Shown here in pieces: positions 20,613-32,283 of a stretch of DNA of 64,000 nt. The stretch lies in NCBI GenBank assembly GCA_963716745.1, contig OY970320.1, positions 928,001 to 992,000 on the forward strand. Direction: 5' to 3'. The position numbers and the translations under genes are program-made. A model generated the notes under the pieces. The model saw nothing but the letters and a program-made list of their open reading frames with translations. It had not been told where the DNA came from and did no database searches. The DNA comes from an uncultured Gemmatimonadaceae bacterium. Lineage in GTDB: Bacteria > Gemmatimonadota > Gemmatimonadetes > Gemmatimonadales > Gemmatimonadaceae. Positions within the stretch are counted from its first letter, which is position 1. Each line of letters opens with the position of its first letter.

Positions 20613-21731
20613 ATGTCTCGCGTAAGGGTCCTCGCCGGCACGAAGAAAGGCGCATTCATTCTCACCGCCGACGGCAAACGGAAGAAATGGGAAGTGTCCG
20701 GTCCGCATTTCGCGGGCTGGGAGATCTACCACATGAAGGGATCGCCGGCCGATCCCGATCGCATTTACGCGTCGCAGACGAGCGGTTGGTTCGGGCAGGT
20801 GATGCAGCGCTCGAGCGACGGCGGGAAAACGTGGGAAGCGGTGGGCAACAAGTTCGCGTACACCGGCACGCCGGGCACGCATCAATGGTACGACGGCACG
20901 CCGCACCCGTGGGAATTCAAGCGCGTGTGGCACATCGAGCCGAGTCTCAAGGATCCGAACACCGTGTACGCCGGCATCGAGGACGCCGCGATCTTCAAGA
21001 GCACCGACGGCGGCACGAACTGGAAGGAGCTGCCGGGCCTGCGCGGGCACGGCACGGGCCCGGACTGGACGCCGGGCGCGGGCGGCATGTGTCTCCATAC
21101 CATTCTGCTCGATCCCAAGGATCCCAAGCGCATCTTCGTCGCGATCAGCGCGGCCGGCGCGTTCCGCACCGATGATGGCGGCGAAACGTGGAAGCCCATC
21201 AACCAGGGGCTGCGCTCGAATCACATTCCCGATCCCAAGGCCGAAGTGGGCCACTGCGTGCACCGCATCGCGATGCACAAGTCGAAACCGAAAACGCTGT
21301 TCATGCAGAAGCACTGGGACGTGATGCGCAGTCGGACGACGCGGGCGACAGCTGGCGCGAAGTGAGCGGCAATCTCCCCACCGATTTCGGTTTCGTGATC
21401 GACGTGCACGCGCACAAGCCCGAGACCATTTACGTGGTGCCGATCAAGAGCGACTCCGAGCATTTCCCCATCGGCGGCAAGCTGCAGGTGTTCCGCAGCA
21501 CCACGGGCGGCAACGAGTGGGAGCCGCTCAAGAAGGGACTGCCGCAGAAGAACTGTTATGTGAACGTGCTGCGCGACGCGATGGCGATCGACACGCTCGA
21601 CAAGTGCGGCGTGTACTTCGGCACCACCGGCGGGCAGATCTACTGCAGCGCCGACAGCGGCGACAGCTGGGGCGCGATCGCGCGCGATCTGCCGGCGGTG
21701 CTGCAGCGTGGAGGTACAGACGCTGCAATGA
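20613..21731 (+). CDS. BNR/Asp-box beta-propeller (sialidase-like) protein (frameshifted)
   Basis: Repeated SxDGGxTW boxes; [10 protein letters not shown] start; GVYFGTTGG. Confidence 0.88.
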
Positions 21732-22027
21732 CGGTGCGCGTGGTGCTGCCGCATCACCTGCGGATCCTCGCGCAGGTGGGAGACGAAGTCACGGTGAACG
21801 TGAACGGCGGCGGGACTCAGCGCGACGTGCTCGACGCGCTGGAATCTCAGTATCCCGTGTTGCAGGGGACGATGCGGGATCATGACACGCTTAAGAGGCG
21901 GGCGTTCATCAGGTTCTTTGCGTGCGAACGAGACCTCACATTCGAGCCGGCCGATGCGCCGCTGCCGGAGGCGGTGCGGAAAGGGGACGAGCCTTTCTTG
22001 GTGATCGGAGCGATCGCGGGAGGCTGA
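21728..22027 (+). CDS. MoaD/ThiS family ubiquitin-like protein
   Basis: [11 protein letters not shown]...IGAIAGG* C-terminal GG; ATGA overlap with the upstream gene. Confidence 0.88.
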   Translation: MTVRVVLPHHLRILAQVGDEVTVNVNGGGTQRDVLDALESQYPVLQGTMRDHDTLKRRAFIRFFACERDLTFEPADAPLPEAVRKGDEPFLVIGAIAGG

Positions 22028-22037
22028 ACGGCAACGG

Positions 22038-22155
22038 CCGGGAACCGATTACCGGGAACCGGTGATGCATGAAAACGCATGGTATTACGACATCGCGCAC
22101 TGTCGTAACGCCATGCATTGTTATTCCTCACCGGTTCCCGGTAACCGGTTCCCGG
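22038..22155. repeat. ~118-bp palindromic element, copy 5
   Basis: Same arms and core. Confidence 0.95.
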
Positions 22156-22159
22156 CAGT

Positions 22160-23367
22160 TCAGAATCCCATCACGCGCGCGGTCACAGAGATCCGCGCTC
22201 CGTTCCTCTCCAGCACCAGCACTCGAGTTTCTCCGGGTGTCCCGTGCATCGCGGCAGTATATCTCCCCGAACGATGCGCCCGTCGCCTCGAGTTCGCCGA
22301 TCTTGACGAGACGATCGCCGATCTCGACGCCGGATACCGTGGGTGCGCCGTTCTTGGTCGCGATCCCCGCCACGAAATACGATCCGCCTTCGGCGCGCAG
22401 CGTCAGGCCGATCTGATCCTGGTCCGTCGCATCGGGATCCGATTCTCGCAGCCAGTAACTCGTGCGGCGCGGGTAGTCGATCGTGAGCTGTGAATCCCTT
22501 CAGCACGTTCCCGCCGATCCAGCCGAGCACGGGCACCGCGTTCTTCTGCGAGTACCAATCGAAGAATTCGAGGCCGCCGGTCAAGTTCCGTCCACCGGAA
22601 ACGGCGAGCGCGCCCACGCTGTGCAGCGTCAGCGAACCCAGAGCGATCTCGGGAATGCGCATGAGCGTGCCCGTGATCTCCGAGCTGTCGCCCAGACATC
22701 ATCATGTTGCTCGCGCCCACGGCGCCCGTGCCGCGCGCCCACGCGGGATGCGCGCGCAGCCAATCGTTCGCGGCGCTCTTCCGCACCCACGTGTACGCCG
22801 ATCCGTTGTCGATGGTGATCGCGTACGGCCGGCCATCGATCGTTGCATTCACCGCGATGAGACCCGTCGCCGAGTCGAGCTGGAATGGAACGGCGATCCC
22901 CTTCGGCGTGAGTGTGCCGGGCTGTGCGAAGGTGAGCGTGCGCTTCGCATAATCGATCACGACCACATATCGCTGGAGCACACTCGCCGGAATGATCGCC
23001 GCCACGCGCAGATCGGATCCGCCGAGACGGCGCGGCGGACGGTGCACGCTCGCGATCCCCGCGGCCGGCGTCTCGACGGTCAGCGCGCCGATCGTGAATC
23101 GCAGCGGACGAATGGAGTCGAGCTGCAACTCGCGAAAGACGGAGTCCGCGAGCACGAGCGATGTGCCGCCCATGTCGATGTACGCGAGGGCGCGATGCGC
23201 CGAGCCGTCGGGGCGCAGAAAGTCGATCTGCGCGTAGACCCTGTTCCCGTCGAGGATGAAAGGCGTCGTGCCCGAATGTCTGGGCGCGCGAGCGCCGAGC
23301 ACGCGACGGCAAGACGAGCAACAGCCGGGAACCGGTTACCGGGAACCGGTGAGGAATGAAAACGCAT
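22160..23367 (-). CDS. Retropepsin-like aspartyl protease with C-terminal PDZ-like domain (frameshifted; start uncertain)
   Basis: IDMGG and IDNGS motifs, GWIGGNVL, VEIGDRLVKIG; ends VTARVMGF*. Confidence 0.65.
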
Positions 23368-23442
23368 GACGTTTCGACATTGCGCGATGTCTCTACGAAA
23401 TGCGTTTTCATGCCAGACCGGTTCCCGGTAACCGGTTCCCGG
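23325..23442. repeat. ~118-bp palindromic element, copy 6
   Basis: Same arms, diverged core. Confidence 0.95.
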
Positions 23443-23446
23443 CCGT

Positions 23447-23680
23447 TCAAGACCATCGCTGCAATTTCTTCGTCGACCCCGCGAGCCACTTGGCCACGAA
23501 TCCCGGCATTCCCTGTTCTCGCAGCTTCTGCTCCACGAGCTGCGTCATTTGCTCGAGCGTGAAGTCGGGCTGCTTGAACTTCGATCCATCGTAGCAATAA
23601 CTGCAGAATGCGGCTCCGGCGAGCGGTGCGGGATCTTTGCTGAGGGGCATGCCGCAGGATTGGCATCGGGTACTGGACAT
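23447..23680 (-). CDS. Zinc ribbon domain protein
   Basis: CQSCGMPL..FCSYCYDG..LQRW; GGAGG RBS. Confidence 0.85.
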   Translation of the reverse strand: MSSTRCQSCGMPLSKDPAPLAGAAFCSYCYDGSKFKQPDFTLEQMTQLVEQKLREQGMPGFVAKWLAGSTKKLQRWS

Positions 23681-23698
23681 GGGTCCTCCGTCGGAACT

Positions 23699-23777
23699 GC
23701 AGACCTAGACGCTAGACCTAGACGCTAGAATACAACGGCGGCGCAGTCTAGCGTCTAGGTCTAGCGTCTAGGTCTGC
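23699..23777. repeat. CTAGAC(G) tandem-unit palindrome
   Basis: GCAGACCTAGACGCTAGACCTAGACGCTAGA and its reverse complement; partial copy near 38319-38344. Confidence 0.9.
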
Positions 23778-23779
23778 CG

Positions 23780-26215
23780 TCAATCGATCCCCAACGCCGC
23801 GTCGTTCTCCCCCTGCTGGATCGCCTTGATCTGCTCGGGGGTGAGTTTCACTTCGCTGGTGTTGAACTTCACGCGCGCGATGGTGCCGGTGTAATCGTTG
23901 TGGAACTGTCCGTACTCGGTCGTCACGGGCGTCCCCTCATCGGCGCCGACGTCGGCGGCGTCGTCCAGTCCGTACGTGAAAGCCTGCGTCGCCGGGATCT
24001 TCCCGGTGGCCACCTTCTTCCCGTTGATGTAGAGAACGCCCGTGCCGCCCGCACCGGGCTTGCCGCCGTCATAGAGGAACGCCCATCGCATGGTGACCTT
24101 CCCCGCCGGCAACTTCTCTGGGGAGCGGATGGTCGTGAGCTGGAGCCCGAGATAGTTGTACGCGAACACCGGCTTGTTGTCCTTCACGTACAGACTCCAG
24201 CCGCCGAAGCGGCCGCCCTGCGCCATGAGTACGCCGTTCGCGCCGCCGGCAGGCACCACGATATCGGCAGTGATCGCGTACGAGCGGTTCTTCGTGTTGA
24301 TGAACGCATTCTCGCCCATCCCCACCATGCCGGGGTAGACTGTGAGCTCGGTGCGTCCGCCCATGAGGTCGGGGCGGCCCGCGATCTCGGCGTCGAAGCG
24401 TTCGATGGTGCGGTCGTCGATCGGCAGCACGTGGTACTTCAGCGCCTCGCTCATGAAGAGATCCTGCATTTCCTTGAGCTTCGCCGGCTGCGCGGCCGCC
24501 AGATCGTTGGACAGCGAGAAATCGGAATCGGCGTGATAGAGCGTCCACACATCCTGATCCAGCGTGTGCTCCGGCTTGAAATCCCACGGCGCGCGATGCA
24601 CGGTGCCGGCGAGCCATCCGTCGTGATAGATGCCTCGGTTCCCGGCGATCTCGAAGTACTGCGTATTGTGGCGGCTCCTCGCGCCTGCGCTGTCGAAGCT
24701 GTACATGAAGCTCGTGCCATCCATCGGCCACTGCATGACACCATTCACGGTGCGCGGCGCGGGAATGCCCGTGGCCTCGAGCACGGTGCTCGCGATGTCG
24801 GTCGCGTGGGTCCACTGCGTACGGAGTTCGCCCTTCATCTTGATGCGCGCCGGCCATGACACGACGAGCGGGTTCTGCGTGCCGCCGTAACTCCCGGCGA
24901 TCTGCTTGGTCCACTCGAACGGCGCGTCGGTGGCCACCGCCCAGCCGGCGGCGAAATGGCCGTAGCTGTGCGGACCACCGAGGTCGTCGAGATGCTTCGC
25001 GATGTCCTCCACCTTCTCGTTCACGCCGTTGAAATACGTCATCTCGTTGAGCATGCCCACCATGCCGCCCTCGGCGCTCGAACCGTTGTCGCCCACTTCG
25101 TAGAAGACGAGCGTATTGTCGGCGACGCCCATCTCGTGCAGCGAAGCGAGCACGCGGCCGATCTCATAGTCCGTTTGCGCGGCGAAGCCGGCGAAGACCT
25201 CCATCTCGTGCGCGAACACTTTTTTCTCGAGCGGCGAGAGCGTGTTCCAGTCCTTGATCGCCTTGGGCTTGGGGGCGAGCTTCGTGCCCGGCGGCACGAT
25301 GCCGAGCTTGAGTTGCCGCGCGAGCGTCTGTTCGCGATAGGCGTCCCAGCCGTCGTCGAATTTCCCCTTGAACTTCGCGATCCACTCCTTGGGCACCTGG
25401 TGCGGCGCGTGCGTGGCGCCGGTGGCGAAATACACGAAGAACGGCTTGTCGGGCGTGAGCGAGTGCTGCGCCTGCATCCAGCCGATCGCGCGATTCGTCA
25501 TGTCGATCGTGAAGTGATACTTGGGATCGCTCGGCGTGGGCATCAGCGTCGTGCCGTCGTACAGGAGCGGTGAGTACTGATTCGTCTCGCCGCCAATGAA
25601 GCCGTAGAATTTGTCGAAGCCCGAATGCGTGGGCCACCGGTCGAATGAACCGGAGACGCTCACTTCCCAAGGCGGCGTCTCGTGATACTTGCCGAAGGCG
25701 GCCGTGCTGTAGCCGTTCTGCCGGAGGATCTCGGCGAGCGGCGTCGTCTCGAGCGGACGAATGCCGGTGTTGCCGGTGAATGCCGTGGCGATCTCCATGA
25801 TCGCGCCGGTATTCACCGTGTGATGGTTGCGGCCCGTGAGGATCGCCATGCGCGTGGGCGAACAGAGCGCGGTGGTGTGATAGTTGTTGTACTTGAGCCC
25901 CTGCCCCGCGAGCGAATCGAGCGCCGGCATTGGGAGGGCGCCGCCGAACGCGCTGGGAGCGCCGAAGCCCATGTCATCGATGAGAATGAAGACGACGTTG
26001 GGCGCGCCCTTGGGCGCCTTCACCTCGAACGGTGGCGGCGCCTTGGCGTTGCGCGCATCGAGCGTGGTGATCACTGGGTTCACGGGACGCGCGATCGGAA
26101 GGACGCTCCGATCGAGGGCGCCCGACGGTTGCGGTGTGGCGGGCGTGGGCTCGGTGCGGCACTCGACTGCGGCGAGCGAGGCCAGTGCGAGGGCGAGTAC
26201 GTTTACGGTACGCAT
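23780..26215 (-). CDS. Arylsulfatase
   Basis: Intact 811 aa; PNVVFILIDD, LCSPTR (CxPxR), GKYH, GDNG. Confidence 0.95.
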   Translation of the reverse strand: MRTVNVLALALASLAAVECRTEPTPATPQPSGALDRSVLPIARPVNPVITTLDARNAKAPPPFEVKAPKGAPNVVFILIDDMGFGAPSAFGGALPMPALDSLAGQGLKYNNYHTTALCSPTRMAILTGRNHHTVNTGAIMEIATAFTGNTGIRPLETTPLAEILRQNGYSTAAFGKYHETPPWEVSVSGSFDRWPTHSGFDKFYGFIGGETNQYSPLLYDGTTLMPTPSDPKYHFTIDMTNRAIGWMQAQHSLTPDKPFFVYFATGATHAPHQVPKEWIAKFKGKFDDGWDAYREQTLARQLKLGIVPPGTKLAPKPKAIKDWNTLSPLEKKVFAHEMEVFAGFAAQTDYEIGRVLASLHEMGVADNTLVFYEVGDNGSSAEGGMVGMLNEMTYFNGVNEKVEDIAKHLDDLGGPHSYGHFAAGWAVATDAPFEWTKQIAGSYGGTQNPLVVSWPARIKMKGELRTQWTHATDIASTVLEATGIPAPRTVNGVMQWPMDGTSFMYSFDSAGARSRHNTQYFEIAGNRGIYHDGWLAGTVHRAPWDFKPEHTLDQDVWTLYHADSDFSLSNDLAAAQPAKLKEMQDLFMSEALKYHVLPIDDRTIERFDAEIAGRPDLMGGRTELTVYPGMVGMGENAFINTKNRSYAITADIVVPAGGANGVLMAQGGRFGGWSLYVKDNKPVFAYNYLGLQLTTIRSPEKLPAGKVTMRWAFLYDGGKPGAGGTGVLYINGKKVATGKIPATQAFTYGLDDAADVGADEGTPVTTEYGQFHNDYTGTIARVKFNTSEVKLTPEQIKAIQQGENDAALGID

Positions 26216-26230
26216 ATTCCAAGCCTCTTC

Positions 26231-26260
26231 GCGTTCGGGATTCGGGACTCGGGACTCGGG
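26231..26260. repeat. CGGGA(C/T)T heptamer tract (half element)
   Basis: GCGTTCGGGATTCGGGACTCGGGACTCGGG; same family as 39072, 40175 and 40819. Confidence 0.8.
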
Positions 26261-26375
26261 GAACCACGACAGAATCTAGGGATTCGAGAATGGAGTCGGG
26301 CGTAGGACTTTCGTCGTACGGCTGGCTCCGCTCACCTGGCGCCGGCCGTCGATGCCCCCGCATAATCGGTCAATC

Positions 26376-26892
26376 ATGCGCGACTCCGCATCCATCAAGG
26401 CCAGTGTCGAGCGCAGCGTCAAGGCCGTCTCCATGCGCGCGAGCATCGCGCAGGGAACGGCGCGCACGGTCGCGACGCTCGGCGACGGCCTCTCGTGCAC
26501 GATCACCGAGGGCGAACACTCGATCGCGGTAGGGCTCACTGAGAAATACGGCGGCACGGGCACGGATGTGAATCCGGGCATCCTCGGGCGTGCGGCGCTC
26601 GCGAGTTGCCTCGTGCTCGGCATCGCGATGTGGGCCGCGCGCATGGACGTCGCGCTCGACGCGCTTTCCGTGGAGGTGGAGGCCGACTTCGACGTGCGCG
26701 GCGAGCTCGGCGTCTCCCCCGAGGTGCTGCCAGGTTATGCGGCGATGCGGTACGTGGTGGATGTGGCGAGCCGAGACGCCGGAAGCGGAAGTCCGCGCGA
26801 TGCTGGAGGTCGCGCTGCGCACGAGTTCGTGGGTGGACAACATGACGCGCGCGATGCCGGTCACTGGCATGGCGCGCGTGAATGGGAAATAG
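26376..26892 (+). CDS. OsmC family protein (frameshifted)
   Basis: GGTGTDVNPGILGRAALASC..VEVEADFDVRG. Confidence 0.8.
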
Positions 26893-27709
26893 ATGGATCC
26901 CAAACTGCAGCTTCGCGTCCAGCGATACGGGTGGGACAAGGCGGCAGCGGAGTACGAGCGGTACTGGGCACGAGCTCTCGAGCCAGCGCAGAACCGATTG
27001 CTGCAACTGGCATCGCTTCGGAGCGGAGAGCGCGTGTTGGACGTGGCGTGTGGGACGGGACTCGTCACGCTGCGCGCGGCGAGCACGGTGGGCGAGCGCG
27101 GGAAAGTGATGGCGGTGGATCTGAGCGATGAGATGGTGAGAGATCTCGAGCAGAACGCCGCCGAGCAGTCGCTGTCGAATGTGATCGTGAAGCGCATGGA
27201 CGCGCAGGAGCTCGCGCTGCCCGACGGGACGTACGATGCGGCGCTGTGCGCGTTCGGGCTCATGTACGTTCCCGATCCGCTCGCGGCGCTCAAGGAGATG
27301 AAGCGCGCGCTGCGCGCCGGCGGGCGCGCAGTGATGGCCGTGTGGGGCGCGCGGGACAAGTGCGGATGGGCGGAGATATTCCCGATCGTCGAGCGGCGGG
27401 TGGAATCGGATGTGTGTCCGCTGTTCTTTCAGCTCGGGACGGCGGACGCGCTCGCGCTCAATCATGGAGCTGGCGGGGTTCACCGCGATCACGTCGGAGC
27501 GGATGAACACCACGCTCCACTACGACTCGGGATCGGATGCGTGCGGCGCGGCGTTCGTGGCGGGGCCGGTGGCGCTCGCATATTCACATTTTTCCGACTC
27601 GGACAAAGCGGCGGCTCGCGCAGAATATCTGGAGTCCATCGCGGCGTTCAAGTCGGGAGATGCGTATGAGATCCCGGGTGAATTCGTGATCGCAACCGCA
27701 ACGGCGTGA
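26893..27709 (+). CDS. Class I SAM-dependent methyltransferase, UbiE-like (frameshifted)
   Basis: VLDVACGTG, VDLS, CAFGLMYVPD. Confidence 0.88.
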
Positions 27710-27714
27710 GTCGC

Positions 27715-27821
27715 ACCGCTGACGGCGGGACTGGGCACCGCGAGGGGCGGGATTAGCGTTAGATGGTGCCGCATCCAACGCCAATCCCGCCGTCAGCGGT
27801 ACCAGTCCCGCCGTCGGCGGT
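27715..27821. repeat. Palindromic element of the GCGGGATTRGCGTT family
   Basis: GACGGCGGGACTGG...CCAGTCCCGCCGTC; related copies near 28289-28392 and 29601-29745. Confidence 0.8.
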
Positions 27822-27861
27822 TCCAGCTACCGGAATTCGGGGAACCGCTGTAGAATTCAGG

Positions 27862-27957
27862 AGTAGAAGTAACTAGGTAATGCCTTGATGTGCGAGTGAT
27901 CTCGACTCGTAATTCGAAGGCGCGAAGGGACTCTCTCAAGTCCCGCGCGCCTTTTTT
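27862..27957 (+). ncRNA. Candidate small RNA or leader with intrinsic terminator
   Basis: TAGAAT -10-like hexamer at 27851-27856, AT-richer non-coding stretch, hairpin 27917-27953 plus T run; family not recognised. Confidence 0.35.
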
Positions 27958-27987
27958 CGTTCATACCGATCCTTCGGAGGATCGATC

Positions 27988-28157
27988 ATGACACCCAACG
28001 CATCTTCACCCGCGGGCTCGCCGCAGAGCGCTGTGCGCATGCCGGATGCAAGTGCTCGCCGCGCCCGGGACAGAAATTCTGCAGTGATCATTGCGCGAAG
28101 GCTGGCACCGCGAGCACCGGCGCAGCATGCGGCTGCGGACACGCGGGCTGCAACTGA
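27988..28157 (+). CDS. Metallothionein-like small Cys/His-rich protein (one apparent missing base)
   Basis: GGAGG RBS, ATG 27988; shifted frame CAHAGCKCSPRPGQKFCSDHCAKAGTASTGAACGCGHAGCN*. Confidence 0.75.
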
Positions 28158-28391
28158 ATTCGAATTACGTTGGGCGGTAGGGAGGTGGAGGTCGAGAGTC
28201 GGTGCAGTCGACGGCTCCGAATCCGAAGTTCCAGCCTCCCTAACGCCCAGACCTCCTCGCGACCTACTCCCGGACGGTTCGCGTCTGTACCGCAAGGAGC
28301 GGGATTGGCGTTGGATGAGGCGACTCCACGCGAGTTGCAGTATCCAACGCCAATCCCGACGCTAGCGGTGCCAGTTCGGCCGCCAGCGGTT

Positions 28392-29510
28392 CTACCGCGC
28401 CGTCAGCGATTCGCCTGTGCCGTAAGCAAGCACCACGAGCTGCTGCGGCACCCCCTGTCCGAATAATTGATCATTCGCCACCGCGACGATCTCCGCCCTC
28501 GGTCCACGCGGACCCTCTGATCCAACCGGTCCCGTTTGTCCCTTGCGGCCGACCGCGCCATCCGACGCATCGGCGACATTCGTGCCGTCGGAATTCGCCT
28601 TGCCCTGCCCTCCTCGTCCGCCAACTCCACCGTTGCCGCCGATGCCACCGGGCCCACCATAACCACCGGGCTCGCGTGCAGTCACCAGCCCCGCCATGAA
28701 CGGTTCGTCGGCCGGCACGACGATCGTCACCGACGCCGCCGCGTCCGCCGGGCGCGCCGGGTCCGCCGCTGCCGCCGTCGCCGCCCGTGCCGCCCGCCTG
28801 CGCGGGACACCCCGCCGCTCCATTCGCGCCGTCACCGCCCTTGCGGACCCGTGACGCCGACGCCGCCGCGGCCGCCGCGCGTCGCGATGCCAATGAAATC
28901 CGCGGGCGGGATCGTCGCGGCATCGTACAATTCGTAGAACGGCGCCTGCGCGCCCACCTGGATGCCGGCGACGATCAGCTTCTCGTAGAACGGCGAATGC
29001 GCGCGCGCGAGCGTGACGGTCACCGGCGGTCCGTTCTCTCCCGATTGTGCGCGGCCGCCGGGCGCGCCTTCGAACTCGAACGCGTGCTGCGCGCAGCTGT
29101 AGTCCGGTTGCACGGAGACGGTGCCGCCGATGCTCGGCTTCGCTCTGAGCGTCGCCGTGAGACGGAATCCGGTCGCTCGCCGAGAGCAATGGATCCTGCG
29201 CCGATACCCAACTGCCGTCGGAGCGGCTGCGCGCTTCGTCACTCGAGAGCGCGAGGAAATTCACGTGCAGCCGCGGCGGATGCTTCTCGTCGTAGCTGTG
29301 CACGAATGGGATATGCGTACCATCCGCGAGCACGGCTTCGTACTGCGCGGGGATCGCGGCGCCGGGGCAGACGCGCGAATAACCGGGCATGATCTGAATG
29401 GAGCGGATCTGCGCGACGAGTGCCGGATCTGGTGCGAAATCCGCCGGCGGCTGGTGGCCGCAGGCGGCGAGGGTGGAGAGGAAAAGTACGCACAGGATCG
29501 AGCGGTTCAT
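28392..29510 (-). CDS. Lipoprotein with collagen-like Gly-X-X region (frameshifted)
   Basis: LSTLAAC lipobox; GGDGANG, GGPGGIGGNGGVGGRGGQG repeats. Confidence 0.65.
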   Translation of the reverse strand: MNRSILCVLFLSTLAACGHQPPADFAPDPALVAQIRSIQIMPGYSRVCPGAAIPAQYEAVLADGTHIPFVHSYDEKHPPRLHVNFLALSSDEARSRSDGSWVSAQDPLLSASDRIPSHGDAQSEAEHRRHRLRATGLQLRAARVRVRRRARRPRTIGRERTAGDRHARARAFAVLREADRRRHPGGRAGAVLRIVRCRDDPARGFHWHRDARRPRRRRRHGSARAVTARMERRGVPRRRAARAATAAAADPARPADAAASVTIVVPADEPFMAGLVTAREPGGYGGPGGIGGNGGVGGRGGQGKANSDGTNVADASDGAVGRKGQTGPVGSEGPRGPRAEIVAVANDQLFGQGVPQQLVVLAYGTGESLTAR

Positions 29511-29801
29511 CGAGGATCCTCACGAGTCGAGAGTCCAACGGGTGCTGTACCAGGACTGTTACGCTCTGCTAAGGGAAACCCGGCTCCGTGCGATCGTAAA
29601 ACCGCAAGGGGCGGGGTTGGTACCGCGAAATGCGTGTGTAGCGCTGGCATTGGGAACTGCGGCCTCCAGGGAGCTCGCAGTACACAACGCCAACGCTAAC
29701 GCGCCTCTCGCGGCACCAACCCCGCCGTCGGCGGTACCAGCACCGCAGTTCGTGCCCTTCTGCACTGGACTCCCCCCGTCCCCATTCGCACATTTGGGGT
29801 C

Positions 29802-31902
<2,101 letters not shown>

Positions 31903-31906
<4 letters not shown>

Positions 31907-32283
31907 CCGATGGAAAGCGCGTGCTGCTGGTGGAAGACAACGAGATGAATCGCGACATGCTCTCGCGCCGGCTGGCGCGGCGCGGATTCGAGGTGGGCAT
32001 CGCAGTGGACGGGCGCAGCGGCGTGGAGATGACGCTCACCGGCGAGTTCGATGTGGTGCTCATGGACATGAATCTCCCCGAGATCGATGGCTGGGAGGCG
32101 GCGCGCCAGATCCGCGCCGGCGAGAAGGGGCGCCGCGTGGCGATCATCGCGCTCACGGCGCACGCGATGCAGGGCGACCGCGAGAAGGCGCTCGCCGCCG
32201 GCTGCGACGAATACGACACGAAGCCGGTGGACTTCGAGCGCTTGCTCGGCAAGATCGCCGCGGTGCTCGGGAGCGCGGCGTGA
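31903..32283 (+). CDS. Single-domain response regulator (DivK-like)
   Basis: [29 protein letters not shown] overlap. Confidence 0.92.

Noticed and set aside
15929..23442. CRISPR array or classical integron attC array
   Set aside because: Repeats are ~118 bp and separated by whole genes; no cas or intI; genes are in mixed orientation and ends do not consistently fit RYYYAAC/GTTRRRY.
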